Shown here: positions 12,383 to 24,515 of the stretch, piece after piece
How positions within the stretch are numbered: position 1 is the stretch's first letter
How the letters are laid out: the number at the start of each line of letters is the position of its first letter
Assembly: GCA_025786725.1 (NCBI GenBank)
Contig: JAHLTZ010000018.1
Location: 248,001 to 312,000 of the forward strand
Length of the DNA: 64,000 nucleotides
DNA from: Syncephalis fuscata S228
Taxonomy: Eukaryota; Fungi; Zoopagomycota
Direction: 5' to 3'
Notes under the pieces: model-generated
The model's input: the letters and a program-made list of their open reading frames with translations, nothing else
Databases searched by the model: none
What the model was told of the DNA's origin: nothing
Made by a program: the position numbers and the translations under genes

Positions 12383-15300
12383 ATGACCGATCCAACAGAA
12401 TCGACCACAACAGAGATGGATGAGACGGCGATTGTCAATGACACTGCATTGGAAGACTTGGCAGAGTCAACTCATACGGAGGACGAGTTACTAGAACAGC
12501 ATACACTTTACGAAAAGGACAACCACCACTCATGGCGAGTCAAAGTGTTTTGTTGTAGTTCACCCGAACAGGATTGGGAAGATCTTGGCACTGGCTATTG
12601 TCATCAATTAGATGCATCTAGTTTCTCTGTTATGTCAGATAATCAACAAGATGTTGAAGTTGGTCAATGGCAGATAGGTTCAGATACTGAATTTAACAAG
12701 GAGAACACTAGTGGTAAAAGACTGGATACAATTGATGGATAGTATAGTAACTAATTATTTAACATTTTTTAATATATATATATATAGATGATGGCACATT
12801 AATTACATGGGAGGGTCAAGATGGTCTATATCATGCATTTAGCTTTGAAAGTAAAAAGGAACGAAATATTGCTTTGTAAGTGTTATTACTTGATAGTAAC
12901 AAGTATTTATGTGTATTTAATTAGAGATTTCTTTAATACACTTCGAAATAATGCCGCTAATGAATCAGAAGGTAATGATTAATTGATTAGCATTATAAAT
13001 ATTTATATATTTATATATTTACCTATTCATATATTTATATAGATGATATTCTTGAAACAAATACAAATTCAATGACTCTTTCACTGCCTACTATGGGTAA
13101 TTTATCAACATTATCGGCTCAATTAGCACCACAGTCAAAACAGTCCTATGATCGAGATGGTACATCTAAACTATTATTGACTATGGTAAGATACAAGTTG
13201 TACAATAGCTATAATAATAATAATAACCAGTGGTACAATATATAGGAATTTGTGGAACATCTAATTACTGTATTTGAACAATATGAAGATATAGAAGATG
13301 TAGAAAGTTTAATACAAATAGGGGATATTATGCGTAGAATAAGTAATACTATAATAGTAATATAATGATTTATTTGTATATTAATTGTATCTATACTAGT
13401 TCAAATGGGTAACACGGATTTATTACATCATCTGATTAGTGATACTATGATTGAACCGGTTTTGGGTATGCTTGAATGTAAGTTGTTAATAGATATTAGT
13501 ATATTACACTATATTATATTACATTGTATTATATTAATAATATTACTATTATTGCTATTATTGCTATTTAGATAGTTCGGAACATCCAACACAAAAGTCA
13601 TCATTTCGTGAACTATTTGCCAGTGGTCAGTATGTTGAGGTGATTGATGTGGGTCGTCCAGAAATACTTGATACTATTCATGAGACACATCGATTGTTAT
13701 TTCTAAAGAATGTTGCACTGCCACGTCATATGGATGACACCATGGCCTCGATTATATCTTCACGGATTCTTATGAATCATGTTGACATTATGGGCTATTT
13801 CCAAAGTGAACCGAAATTACTACGCAAATTATTAGATGTTATGGAAGATGATGAGGCACGTCCACGTCGGCGTTTGGATGCACTAAATACCTTGTCGAGT
13901 CTATGTTCTGTAACTAAAACGACACAGACAGCGATGCGTGACCAATTCTATCGGTAGGGTATAATAGCTACTTATATGATGGATGGTTATAGTAATAATA
14001 ACGACGATGTTAAATGAATACTCTGTTATAATACGCTTTTTTAGTACGCTAGCTGAAGTAGGCTTATTCACGACATTTGAACGGTTTCTAGCCCAGCCAG
14101 ATTTACCGGAAAATACTATTGTTATTAATATGCTTGTACTGATTCTGGATTATGATGCAGCATTATTGCGGGATCATATATTGCTAGAGTCGAAAAAACA
14201 GGAAATGACCATTTTAGACCATCTTATTCGTCTGTTACATACAAGTCGAAGTGGTTATCGAGTTGGACAGTTGGCCGAGGTATATTACTTGAATAGATCC
14301 ATATAAATACTTATAATGGCTATTAGATGTTGAAAACACTTGTGGGAGTTCATTTGGTAGATTCTCATTTAATACAACTCACCGCACAAGAAGTAAATAC
14401 AGTGTTGGTCGATATACAGTAGATACACTAACACTTGATACAATGCTATAGAATCCTGTATCCAGCGAATTTCTCAGTTATTTCTTTGATCGAAAATTTA
14501 TTTTATTACTACAACCATTGTTAAAATCTCAAGGTAAGATATTGATATATTGATATACTATTGTAATAATTTAATATGGTCAATGACATCTATGGAATAT
14601 GATAGACCTTACCACTATAGATGACTTGTTATTGTCGGAAAAACTGTGTGATATATTAAAGTCGCTGATTCAACGTCATCCAGAACGTGCCAAAGGTCCA
14701 CTGCTTAGTTCAGGCATTCTATTACATGTCACTCGTCTATTGGTACATCGACGTCAACAATTGTGCGGCAGTAAGTTAAAGTAAATACAGAATATGGTAT
14801 TTAACAGCTTATCTCTATTTTAGATGCATTTCGGGTAATTAGAGCCATTCTCAATTCAGATGATTCACAGTATATTCGATATTTTATTGATAACAATCTA
14901 ATTGAATCGGTATTTACATTTACAAATCGATGTCGACCATTGAGCAATGCCAATTACTGTGCTTGTTTGGAACTATTTTCATTTTAGCCACGGTAAGAAA
15001 TTAATCAATTAAGCATAATTAATTGGCTAATCGTGTACTTTAGAATAACATTAAAGTATTATTAAAGCATATTATGAAACGATATGTGCATCGGTTAGAA
15101 ATTCTAGTGCCTGACTGGCTATTTAACATGCTGTCTGATCGATATGAACAGAATGAAGAAGTATCCGAGGCACCGGTAGAGAGCAATGCGTCGAATGAAG
15201 TATCTGATACAACAATTGTTTATCTGTAAGTGATTACATGATAGCTAATAAGCTACCTAATAACTTTCTATTTATTTATTTATTTAGAGATCGTGGCCGA

Positions 15301-15666
15301 CGAGATGGCTGGTCTTCGTCGAGTATGGATAAAGACGAAGAGGATTATTTTAATGACTCGGACGATGATAATGAAAATACCGATATAGTCGGCAGTAGAT
15401 ATGAGCAAGATAATTCGGACTCAGAATCGGTTAGCTCTACAAATTCCTGTAAAAGACCACGGTCTGGTTCCAACGAGGATCTTCCGGCTGATACGGCTGC
15501 CAGTTTGGCCAATCTACCCAAACGACCTCGTTCCGTGGCATCTTATGACGGTGAAAATGACGATGAAGAAAATTGGTTTGATGCTATTTCGCATTATGAT
15601 TCGCCACCACCGACATCTAGTGTAAAAGATAGTACGACATCAAATACTACAGAAGCTGAACAATAA
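12383..15666 (+). CDS. PSY2: Protein phosphatase 4 regulatory subunit 3 (Psy2/SMEK/PP4R3)
   Basis: EVH1-like RVKVF...WEDLGTGYC, SMK-1 region IHETHRLLFLKNVALPRHMDD, acidic tail MDKDEEDYFNDSDDD. Confidence 0.88.
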
Positions 15667-15844
15667 ATAATAAGTGATTACTATTAGTTTGACTATAGAT
15701 GATATAAGATGCGTCTGTTTTGCTCTGTTCTGTTCTGTAAATACAATCTATTATATAGGATAAGAAAACAATGTGTAATATGCACCAGTAATTGGTTATT
15801 TATTTGCACAACACAAATAGTAATAGCTAAACTAAGCACAGTTA

Positions 15845-17219
15845 CTAAAGCTTTGAAGGAAAGTTTTGCAAAATTTGTGGATATTTATAAAACGAAGCGG
15901 TCATCCAGTCACCACCGTCAACGACCATCGTGTGGCCTAGTTATCGTTTAGTCAATGTTAATAAATAGCTATTTATCAATAGTTTAATTTACCGTTAATG
16001 TAGCTGGCAGCGGGTGATACCAAGAATAGTGCAGCATGTTCGATATCAGTGATCGAGCCAAGTCGTTGCAATGGAATACCATTAATCAATTGTTCACGAG
16101 CATCTTTTGGCATAAGTCTCTGATGATCCATTTATGTTTAGGCCATTGTAGTAACTAATTGATTGCGTGGCCTACCTTTAATCCCTCCGTTGAATCAATA
16201 GGCTATAAAAGTGCATGTGTTACTAATCGTTTAATAAACTACTGTTTAATAAATACTTACACCTGGAGCAATACCATTTGTACGAATGCCTTGTGGCCCC
16301 CATTCAGTGGCCAATGATCTAAATTAGATAAATATAAGTAATAAGCATTGTTGGTTGGCTATTTAATGCTTACCGTGTTAACGAATCAATACCAGCTTTG
16401 GCGGCAGCTGGATGGGCCTACATAAACATTTAATTAACATTCAACTATAATTTGATTACATTACATACCTGTAGTGGGTTGCCACGATAATCAAGCGTAG
16501 CACTAATATTGAGAATGCATCCTTTTGAGGCTAGTAGAAACTCTTGACACGCTTTGGTTGTATTAAACGTGCCAACAAGATCGATTTCAATCACCGTCTA
16601 CTCGGTATTAGCAGATGCGTTGTGGACTAGCAATAGCTGTTATTGGTTCCCCTTACCTTGAAAGCATTGGGTGATAGCTTGCTAATTGGCGAGAGGAAGT
16701 TGCCAGCGGCGCAGTTGACGAGGATATCCAGATTGCCGGTCAGTGAGTTGACGGCAGTATTAATTGCCGCGCTAAGACCGGCTGCATCACGAACATCGGC
16801 CGCGGCGGTAACACATTTGCCGCCTAAACCACCCAAAAAACCGGTATAGTTATTAGTGTTGTTGGCATTGCCCCCACATTTTGGTCGCAGAGACGCTCGC
16901 GTACACACACACTTACCAGTAGCTTCGAAAATAGTCTTGGCAGCTTTTTCAAGACGCTCCTTACTAAAGTGTCAAATTATTAGTGCCAACAAAACGGATA
17001 GTTGCAGTGTCGTACTTTCTACCAATAATAATGACTGCGGCTCCATGACGAGCAAATGCCGTAGCAAGACCAAATCCAATGCCACTACCTACAATAGTTT
17101 TTAGCTCAGTGCACGTAAATGCAAACAGGCTAATACTTACCTCCGCCGGTAATAAGCGCAACCTTATTCTTTAGTATATCCGCGTGGAAGATAGCGGTGG
17201 TAGTGTTAGTGTTAGGCAT
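15845..17219 (-). CDS. SPS19: Peroxisomal 2,4-dienoyl-CoA reductase (SDR) with PTS1
   Basis: VALITGGGSGIG, ILVNCAAGNFLSPISKLSPNAFK, AAKAGIDSLTRSLATEWGP, VVDGG; ends ...NFPSKL* (canonical PTS1). Confidence 0.93.
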
Positions 17220-17937
17220 GGTGGATAAACGTAGATAAAAGCTGGAGGGTGTTTTAAATGAGGTGAATACTAATGCAACGCGTCGCTTTTTAATACAATC
17301 GATAACTAATCGGCATCGGAGCAGTTAACTTCCGAGCTTTGGTCACAAACTAATCAACTCTTTTTAATTCACCACGTATTTACGACAGTCTTTAATGTTT
17401 AATAATAAACTCTAATAGATTGCCATGGTTATTTTATAATGTATAATATAGAAATATTAGTATATATCTATGCGCTACTAAATACGTAAAGCAATAATAT
17501 AGCTGTTGATGTAATAATATTTATAATTAAGTTTACATTTGATCATTATATCTTAAGGAAAAAATATTTATTGAATTAAAATGTAGTCTATTTTACCGAC
17601 ATATTATTAAACAGAATAACTATATTTTATTCACTCTACGTTGATAATATTAACGATGGATTGATCGACAATAAATGATGTAAGATAATAATAGGCCTAG
17701 ACTTGTAGTAGTAAAGCGTTAAACAATAGCAAGCATTAGTTAAGTGTATCGGAATTACGGTAACTCTAAAAGCCGTTGTTGCTAAATATGCAGCTTGTTC
17801 CTGCTAGCATCCACTTGGATTTAAATGTAGGGACTTTTATTAGCTGTCCCCTTTACGGTTTGATCCTAGTTTAACGTGGTATAAACAATTAGTATAAGTT
17901 CTGTGTAATTTATCAAAACACATAAAGCTGTAGGCCA

Positions 17938-18465
17938 ATGCACACAATACAGCTTACTTTCGCGAATCGGAATAGGTTCGGCATTTGCGATGGTTATAAT
18001 GGCCATCAAAAATGCAGTAAAAGCGGTAATGGCGGCAAAGAATTTTATGGTATCAGCAGTAGAAAATATAGTGAAAGCTTAACAGAGATTGCTGCAATGA
18101 TGAGTCCTCTAAATTCTACAGTGAATTATAGGGCTCATCAACAAGTAAGACGACTAGGTTCAAATCAGCATACTCATAAATCCAACCCTTTACCTAATAA
18201 TGGAGCTGCAAGTTCTCGTGCTAGTTTGATCAAGAGCCATAAACATGATAAGCCCCGCCAATATCCAAAGCCTACGTATGAGTACAAGCCTAAATATCAA
18301 TACAGTCATGCACTTAATAAGCACGCTTTTAATTTTGGCAAGAAATTTCAGCATCAACACAGCAATCCTGAATATCGCCTACGTCCAGTATCTGGACCAA
18401 AGAAAACTTTATATCAAACAAGTATTAGATCAAAGCAATGCACTCAAGAATTTAGTCGCATTTAA
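17938..18465 (+). CDS. Orphan basic, low-complexity ORF (175 aa)
   Basis: A 528-nt open frame in otherwise AT-rich intergenic DNA; no recognisable motif. Confidence 0.35.
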   Translation: MHTIQLTFANRNRFGICDGYNGHQKCSKSGNGGKEFYGISSRKYSESLTEIAAMMSPLNSTVNYRAHQQVRRLGSNQHTHKSNPLPNNGAASSRASLIKSHKHDKPRQYPKPTYEYKPKYQYSHALNKHAFNFGKKFQHQHSNPEYRLRPVSGPKKTLYQTSIRSKQCTQEFSRI

Positions 18466-18713
18466 TTACAAGACTTAAATCTTTTAGATTAATACTCAAG
18501 TATTAGCTACATATTGAATATTATACATGTACAGTTGAATAAACATTAAAAGTATTTAAATCAGCTTAAAAATAGCATTATGTAAATTAAATAATAACTA
18601 ACAGCACCAAATCTATTTATTTTAATATTAACACTTTATTTACATTATAAATACGTACATTAGCTGTATAATTTGTTTATCATAATGACAACAACAACAA
18701 TAACTTAAATTTA

Positions 18714-20387
18714 TTAAATAATTTCAAGCGCAAACCTTGTAATGAGTGTGTTTTTATTCATTAATATCATATGCTTATATGAAAATGCACAATAGTGTAC
18801 TTTTGGCAATGAAAATCTTTGAATATTGATATCACCAACTGCAACATCAATAATACAGTATCGATCAGTTTCATACCTATGACATACGATCTTTGTATCA
18901 ATAAAATACTGGAAATATTCAAATTTGTCATCTAAAATGCCTATGTTATTTTACGCTGAATCTCTTCATCCAATAATGAAATAATAATTAGTGGTGAGTG
19001 GTAGTATGAATGGAATACGAGCAGATCGTGTGTTGGAATTAAAATAAAAAGAGCTAATTTCTTCACCGAATAAGTGCGTTCAAAAATGATTTTTTTGCTT
19101 AAAAAGACCACTTTGACGCAATGCTTCTACTCCTTTATATAATCATTCATCGTCTTATCGCCGAAATCAATACCGTTGTAAAACAATATTTAATCACGGT
19201 TAATCAAATAAGTCTTTAATTCTGGACAGAAAACGTGATCGGGTAAAGTTCAATTATCCCAAACAATTATAGGCATTTGTATCGTACCTTCATCGTTCAT
19301 CATCAGGTTAGCGTCAGAAGTCAACAACACGCAAACTATTTTATAAAAAAACGCTGAAAAACAGTGCGAGTACTTTAGGATGATTATTTTGTGGCTGTTT
19401 ACTGTATGTATTCTAAAAGTATTACGGTAATAAAACTTTGAAAGCATAAGCGACTGAGGTTCACGTAATTGTGTCTTTGAAAACTGCAATAAAATGGCTG
19501 GTTGCGCTTAGTGGATCGGGATTCGGAAAATAACAAAGAAATTCCTACAATTTTACCATCCCATTTGCCATCAAGACTGATAGAATGCACCATCTTGCGA
19601 CTATTGGCATTATATATTTTAAATACGTAAGTGGGCACTATGTTGTACTTTAAATGAGAAATCAAACGCATGTTTTCATCAATGCCATTTGCCTGTTGCG
19701 GATATTAATAGAAATTATGCTATTTATTGCTCATAATTTGTTTTTATCCAGGTCTAGCAAATACGTTGTTATTACATTCTTTGGTAATATTTTAATCAAG
19801 TTGACTTGCAAACTGTGAGCTATTGCGATTCAACCAGGATAAACTGTGACCTTTGATTGTTCAGAGTCTTGCAATGCCAGCTTTCTAGATAAAATAAAAG
19901 TGTTTAGATCAATTTTTAATGTTGTCTTGTTTTCTTTCCAATTTAAACCTGTGTTGATACGTTGTTTATATCGTTTGAACCAAGTAAATTCTAATACAGT
20001 TTTGTTTTCCACATCAGTTAATGTTTTAGTTATTGTTTGATTTGTTTTAAATTCCAATTTAAGCCCGTGTTGAGATGTCGCTTATATCGCCGAAACAAAG
20101 TTAACTTTGGCTTTGCTTCATTTCCGTGTCAGCTATTTCTGCCGCTACTCTTTGCTCTTGTTCTAGTTGCCATCTAGCCAGTCAGTATTGGTGTTGATAT
20201 TATGACGAGAATGTTGCTGATACAGCTTGTGTCAAAGACTATCCCAGCTTATAATAAAGCTATATAATACTTTGCAAGTATGTGTCAAAGTAACTGTGGC
20301 AGCCGTTCCACTCAGCAACGATATACGATAAACTATAGCGATAGTTAGCCATATTTTTGGCAAAGCGCTGTTATTTTAAACTGACAT
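18714..20387 (-). pseudogene. F-box gene pseudogene (fourth copy of the tandem array)
   Basis: Colinear homology to the three intact copies (LPKIWL, LEFTWFKRYKQRIN, ISLDGKWDGKIVG, FSKTQLREPQSLMLSK), but with TAA at codon 4, TGG>TGA in the 'SLWHKLYQQ' segment, and many frameshifts. Confidence 0.88.
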
Positions 20388-20718
20388 TATGAAAACAAAC
20401 TAAACAAACAAATAGTTTCCTTCGACAAAATAGGCCTTTGAACTAAATATAATGACGTGACAAACTGCAGATTGAATAAATCTAGATTAAATTCTCAACG
20501 CTGGTAATTAATTAATTTTTAAATAATTCAACTTTTATAGCACATGTTGATTCGGTTTAATCTGGTATTTATTTACTTTAGTTTGTAAGTTATCAATATG
20601 TGCTCTACACTGTGTTAAATGCTATATATTTTATAATACATTGTAATTTAATGTAATTTTTTACGTATTCTTATTTATTATTAAGTAATGGTGACTTTAA
20701 AATTATTATTTAATAGAT

Positions 20719-22314
20719 TTAGATTAGTTCAGATATAAAACTTGTAATAAGTATTGTTTCCTTATTCATTAATAGCATGTGACCAAATACAAATTTACAA
20801 AGTCGTACCATTGATATTGGGAACCGATGGATGTCTACGTTACCTGTTACAACGTCAATAACAAAATATTGGTTTGTATTATGACTATAGCCGACAATTT
20901 TTGCATCAATAAGATGTTGAAAATAATAAACTTCATCTCTAAAATCTATTGTATTAATTTCATGCAGAATCTTTCCATTGAATAATGACATAACAACTAG
21001 TGATGAGTTGATGCACAGATCTAATACAACCAAATTATATGCTGGAAATAAAATTAGGCAGTGCATAGTGTCTACCGAATGGCTGTCATCAAATATTGTT
21101 CCTTTGCTTAAAGAGACTACTCGGATGTAGCCTTGATTACTATCTATCAAGCCATTTGGCGTTTCCTCGAGTTGATAAGCGCTGCAATGAACTAGTATAC
21201 GATCGCTATCAATTGAATAAATTTCTGAAGTCCAGTGCATTGTAATATTGGAAAAAGTTATATAGTCTGATGCAATTGTAGTCATTCGCGCTGTATCATT
21301 GTCAATTATCTGCAAATCCGTATTAGATGATAACACGCGAACTATTTCATAGTTGAATCTGTGCTCGCTATTGTAGTACCTTATAATAATTGTCTCCTTA
21401 TCATTTTTTATATGTATTCTGTTGCTATATGAATTGTTAAAGTTTGAAAGAATAATGGATCGAGGCCGACACGATTGTGCTGTTGAAAAAATGTTATAAA
21501 CTAGCTGACTATTGCAAGGTGGTTTTGGATCAATGGACGGACCAATAATTTGTGAACTGGGAAACACTAAGGATGCATCTATAATTCTACCATCCCAGTT
21601 ACCATCAACATCGATAGAGTGCAACAGCTGGTAACTATTTGCGTCCCATATCTGAAGTATATCAAAGGGTCTTTTGGAATAACTTAAGCGTATAATTAAA
21701 CGCATACCTTCATCGGTGGCATCTACTTGTTGTCGGTGTTGATAGAATATTATGTTTTTTATCTTATTAAACCGGTCTTTGTCTAGATCTAACGAATGCA
21801 CTTTGACCGTATTCGTTGTAGAAAGCTTGATTAAATCAACAAAAAGATTATCACGATCAGCCATTGCAATCCAGCCAGGATAACTTGTGATGATTGTACT
21901 GCGCCTAATACTTGATTTTAATAATTTATCTATCATAAAGAAACTTGGATAGATCGTTGATGTTGGCTTGTTGTTTTGCCAATTTATGCTCATGTTGACA
22001 CGCTGACCATATCGCCTGAACCATGTAAGCTTTGGTACAGTTTCATTTTGTATATCAGTTACTGCACCTTTTGCGCTTAGTTCTTGCGTTAACTGCCACT
22101 GCAACCAGTCAATATCGGTATTGATATTACGGGGAAAATGTTGCTGATACAATGTTTGCCAAAAGCCATCATATTTAATAATGGAATTATACAATACTTT
22201 GCAAGTCCGTGCCAAAGCTACCGTGGCATCTATTCCACTAAACTGTGATATATAATAAACTATCTCAACAACTAGCCATATTTTTGGCAGCGTATTGTTA
22301 TTGTGTTTGAACAT
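20719..22314 (-). CDS. Intronless F-box-like protein, paralogue 1
   Basis: N-terminal LPK..LVVEIVYYI...ATVALARTCKVLY..I....FWQTLYQQHF F-box signature followed by a beta-rich unknown domain; ATG at 22314. Confidence 0.8.
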   Translation of the reverse strand: MFKHNNNTLPKIWLVVEIVYYISQFSGIDATVALARTCKVLYNSIIKYDGFWQTLYQQHFPRNINTDIDWLQWQLTQELSAKGAVTDIQNETVPKLTWFRRYGQRVNMSINWQNNKPTSTIYPSFFMIDKLLKSSIRRSTIITSYPGWIAMADRDNLFVDLIKLSTTNTVKVHSLDLDKDRFNKIKNIIFYQHRQQVDATDEGMRLIIRLSYSKRPFDILQIWDANSYQLLHSIDVDGNWDGRIIDASLVFPSSQIIGPSIDPKPPCNSQLVYNIFSTAQSCRPRSIILSNFNNSYSNRIHIKNDKETIIIRYYNSEHRFNYEIVRVLSSNTDLQIIDNDTARMTTIASDYITFSNITMHWTSEIYSIDSDRILVHCSAYQLEETPNGLIDSNQGYIRVVSLSKGTIFDDSHSVDTMHCLILFPAYNLVVLDLCINSSLVVMSLFNGKILHEINTIDFRDEVYYFQHLIDAKIVGYSHNTNQYFVIDVVTGNVDIHRFPISMVRLCKFVFGHMLLMNKETILITSFISELI

Positions 22315-22509
22315 GGTAGAAATAAAACTAAGCAAAAAGAAATGATTAATTGTAGCGAAAGAGGCCTTTGAACTAAACAGAATGACATATTAACCTGTAG
22401 ATAGAACACATTGAAAACAAACAGTTTGACGTGAACAGCTACTTTATTTGTAAAATAATTTAACTTTATATACACGCCGTGCTTTAATTTAATACAATTT
22501 TTATTAAAT

Positions 22510-24081
22510 TTAAATCAATTCCGGTATAAAGCTTGTAATGAGTGTTGTCTCTTCATTCATCAATATCATATACCCATATGCTGCTGTAAAATAGTGTGCT
22601 TTTGATAATAGAAACGAGTGGATGCTTACTTTCCCTGTTATAGCATCAATAACACAATATTGTTGAGTGGTATAATTGCAACCTACAATCTTCGTATCAA
22701 TAATATGTTGAAAATAATAAAATTTGCCATATAAAGTATTTATATCAATATGATGTCGAATCTTTCCGTTCAATAAGGAAATAATGACTAATGGCGCGCC
22801 ATCGTTTGAGTAGAATGCGATCAAATTATACGCTGAAATTAAAATAAAATATTCAAACTCTTGGGCAGGATAATCGCATTCAAGAATAACACCTTCATTT
22901 AAAGATATTACTCTGATGCAATGCTTCCATTTCTTTATAAAACCACTTAACGTTCTCTCGATTGAATAAGATTTGCAGTATAATAATACTCGATTGCAGT
23001 CAATCGAATAAAATTTAGAATCCTGCCAAAATGTACGATTGGATAAAGCCCAATTACCTCGAGTAATTGTAGCCATTTGTGTCGTGCCGCTATTGTCCAT
23101 CATCAAACTAAAATCAGAAGTCAGAAAAACACGAATTATTTTATATATTATTATGCGTAAATCAATGAAATGCTGCAGGATAATCATTTCGTTGTTGTTT
23201 GTCGTGTGTATTCTAAAAGTATTACGATAATTAGATCTTGAAAGCATAAGCGGCTGCGGTTCACGTAATTTTGTCTTTGAAAAGCTGCTGTAAAATGGCT
23301 GGTTGCGTTTACTGATTTGAGAGTCAAAGAATAGCGAAAAAGTTCCTATAATTCTACCATCCCATTTGTCATCAAGACTGATAGAGTACAGCAGTTCGCG
23401 GCTGTTGACACTATATATCTTAAGTGCGTAAATGGGCTCACTAATATATTCTAAATGGATAATTATATGTATTTCCTCATCAGTGTTATTTTCTTGTTGT
23501 CGATATTGGTAGAATTTTATATTATTCATTGCTTTTAAACTAGTTTTATCCAGGTCTAGCGGATATGTTTCAGCCATATTTTTTGATGATAGTTTAATTA
23601 AATCGACTTGTAAACTCACAAGACTTGCTATTGCAATCCAACCAGAATAAACAGCAATTTTTGATTTTTCATTTTGCTGCAATGATAACGCTTTAGGTAT
23701 ATTGAAAGGTTTTAGATAGACCGTCAATGTTGGCTTATTCCCCTGCCAATTTAAACAGATGTTAATACGCTGTTTATATCGCCGAAACCAAGTTAATTTT
23801 GGTATAATATCTTCTTTAGATTCAGCTACTGCTTCTGATGTTCTTTGTTCTTGTCCTGGCTGCCAATCTAACCAGTCAATATCGGTGTTGATATCGCGAG
23901 GAAAATGTTGTTGATACAGCTTGCGCCAGAGTTTATTATAGCCTATGATAGAGCTATATAATACTTTGCAAGTACGTGCCAAAGCAATTGTAGAGGCTGT
24001 TTCGCTCAACATCAATATATGATGAACTATATCGATAGTTAGCCATACTTTTGGCAACATGCTGTTGTTTTGTGTTAACAT
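22510..24081 (-). CDS. Intronless F-box-like protein, paralogue 2
   Basis: LPKVWLTIDIVHHIL...STIALARTCKVLY..I....LWRKLYQQHF; full-length similarity to its neighbours. Confidence 0.8.
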   Translation of the reverse strand: MLTQNNSMLPKVWLTIDIVHHILMLSETASTIALARTCKVLYSSIIGYNKLWRKLYQQHFPRDINTDIDWLDWQPGQEQRTSEAVAESKEDIIPKLTWFRRYKQRINICLNWQGNKPTLTVYLKPFNIPKALSLQQNEKSKIAVYSGWIAIASLVSLQVDLIKLSSKNMAETYPLDLDKTSLKAMNNIKFYQYRQQENNTDEEIHIIIHLEYISEPIYALKIYSVNSRELLYSISLDDKWDGRIIGTFSLFFDSQISKRNQPFYSSFSKTKLREPQPLMLSRSNYRNTFRIHTTNNNEMIILQHFIDLRIIIYKIIRVFLTSDFSLMMDNSGTTQMATITRGNWALSNRTFWQDSKFYSIDCNRVLLYCKSYSIERTLSGFIKKWKHCIRVISLNEGVILECDYPAQEFEYFILISAYNLIAFYSNDGAPLVIISLLNGKIRHHIDINTLYGKFYYFQHIIDTKIVGCNYTTQQYCVIDAITGKVSIHSFLLSKAHYFTAAYGYMILMNEETTLITSFIPELI

Positions 24082-24515
24082 GGTGGAAATAAAGCCGAGC
24101 AAGCAAAATATTTACTAGGAATGGAAAAGATCTTTGAGCTAAGTAAAATGACGTGACGAACTGCAGATAAAACATTTTTACGTTGAATGTTTTAATACTG
24201 CCCATTATTTTTTTTGTGAGATAGTTTACGTTTATATACATAAATTAATCCAATTTAATTATTTATTTATAGCTTGTAAACTATTTACTTCCTATACTGT
24301 GTTATATTTTAGTATACTCTATAAACATTAGCTTCTACTGTAGGCTTTCATTCGGTTTTATTTACTACTATTTTCATTACATTACTAATTTAATAATGAC
24401 ACTTTATACTATTATAAATAGCATAGATTTATTGCACAATTTTTGATTTGATCAATTACTGCTAAATGTACTACTATTATTTTAATGATAAACTATCAAT
24501 AACTATTTAGTAAAT

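Noticed and set aside
22272-24241. Similar upstream ORFs (MYIKLNY.../MYINVNY...) before two F-box genes as conserved uORF peptides
   Set aside because: Their starts coincide with the TATA-like GTATATAAA, one begins at GTG, and the similarity is explained by co-duplicated promoter DNA.
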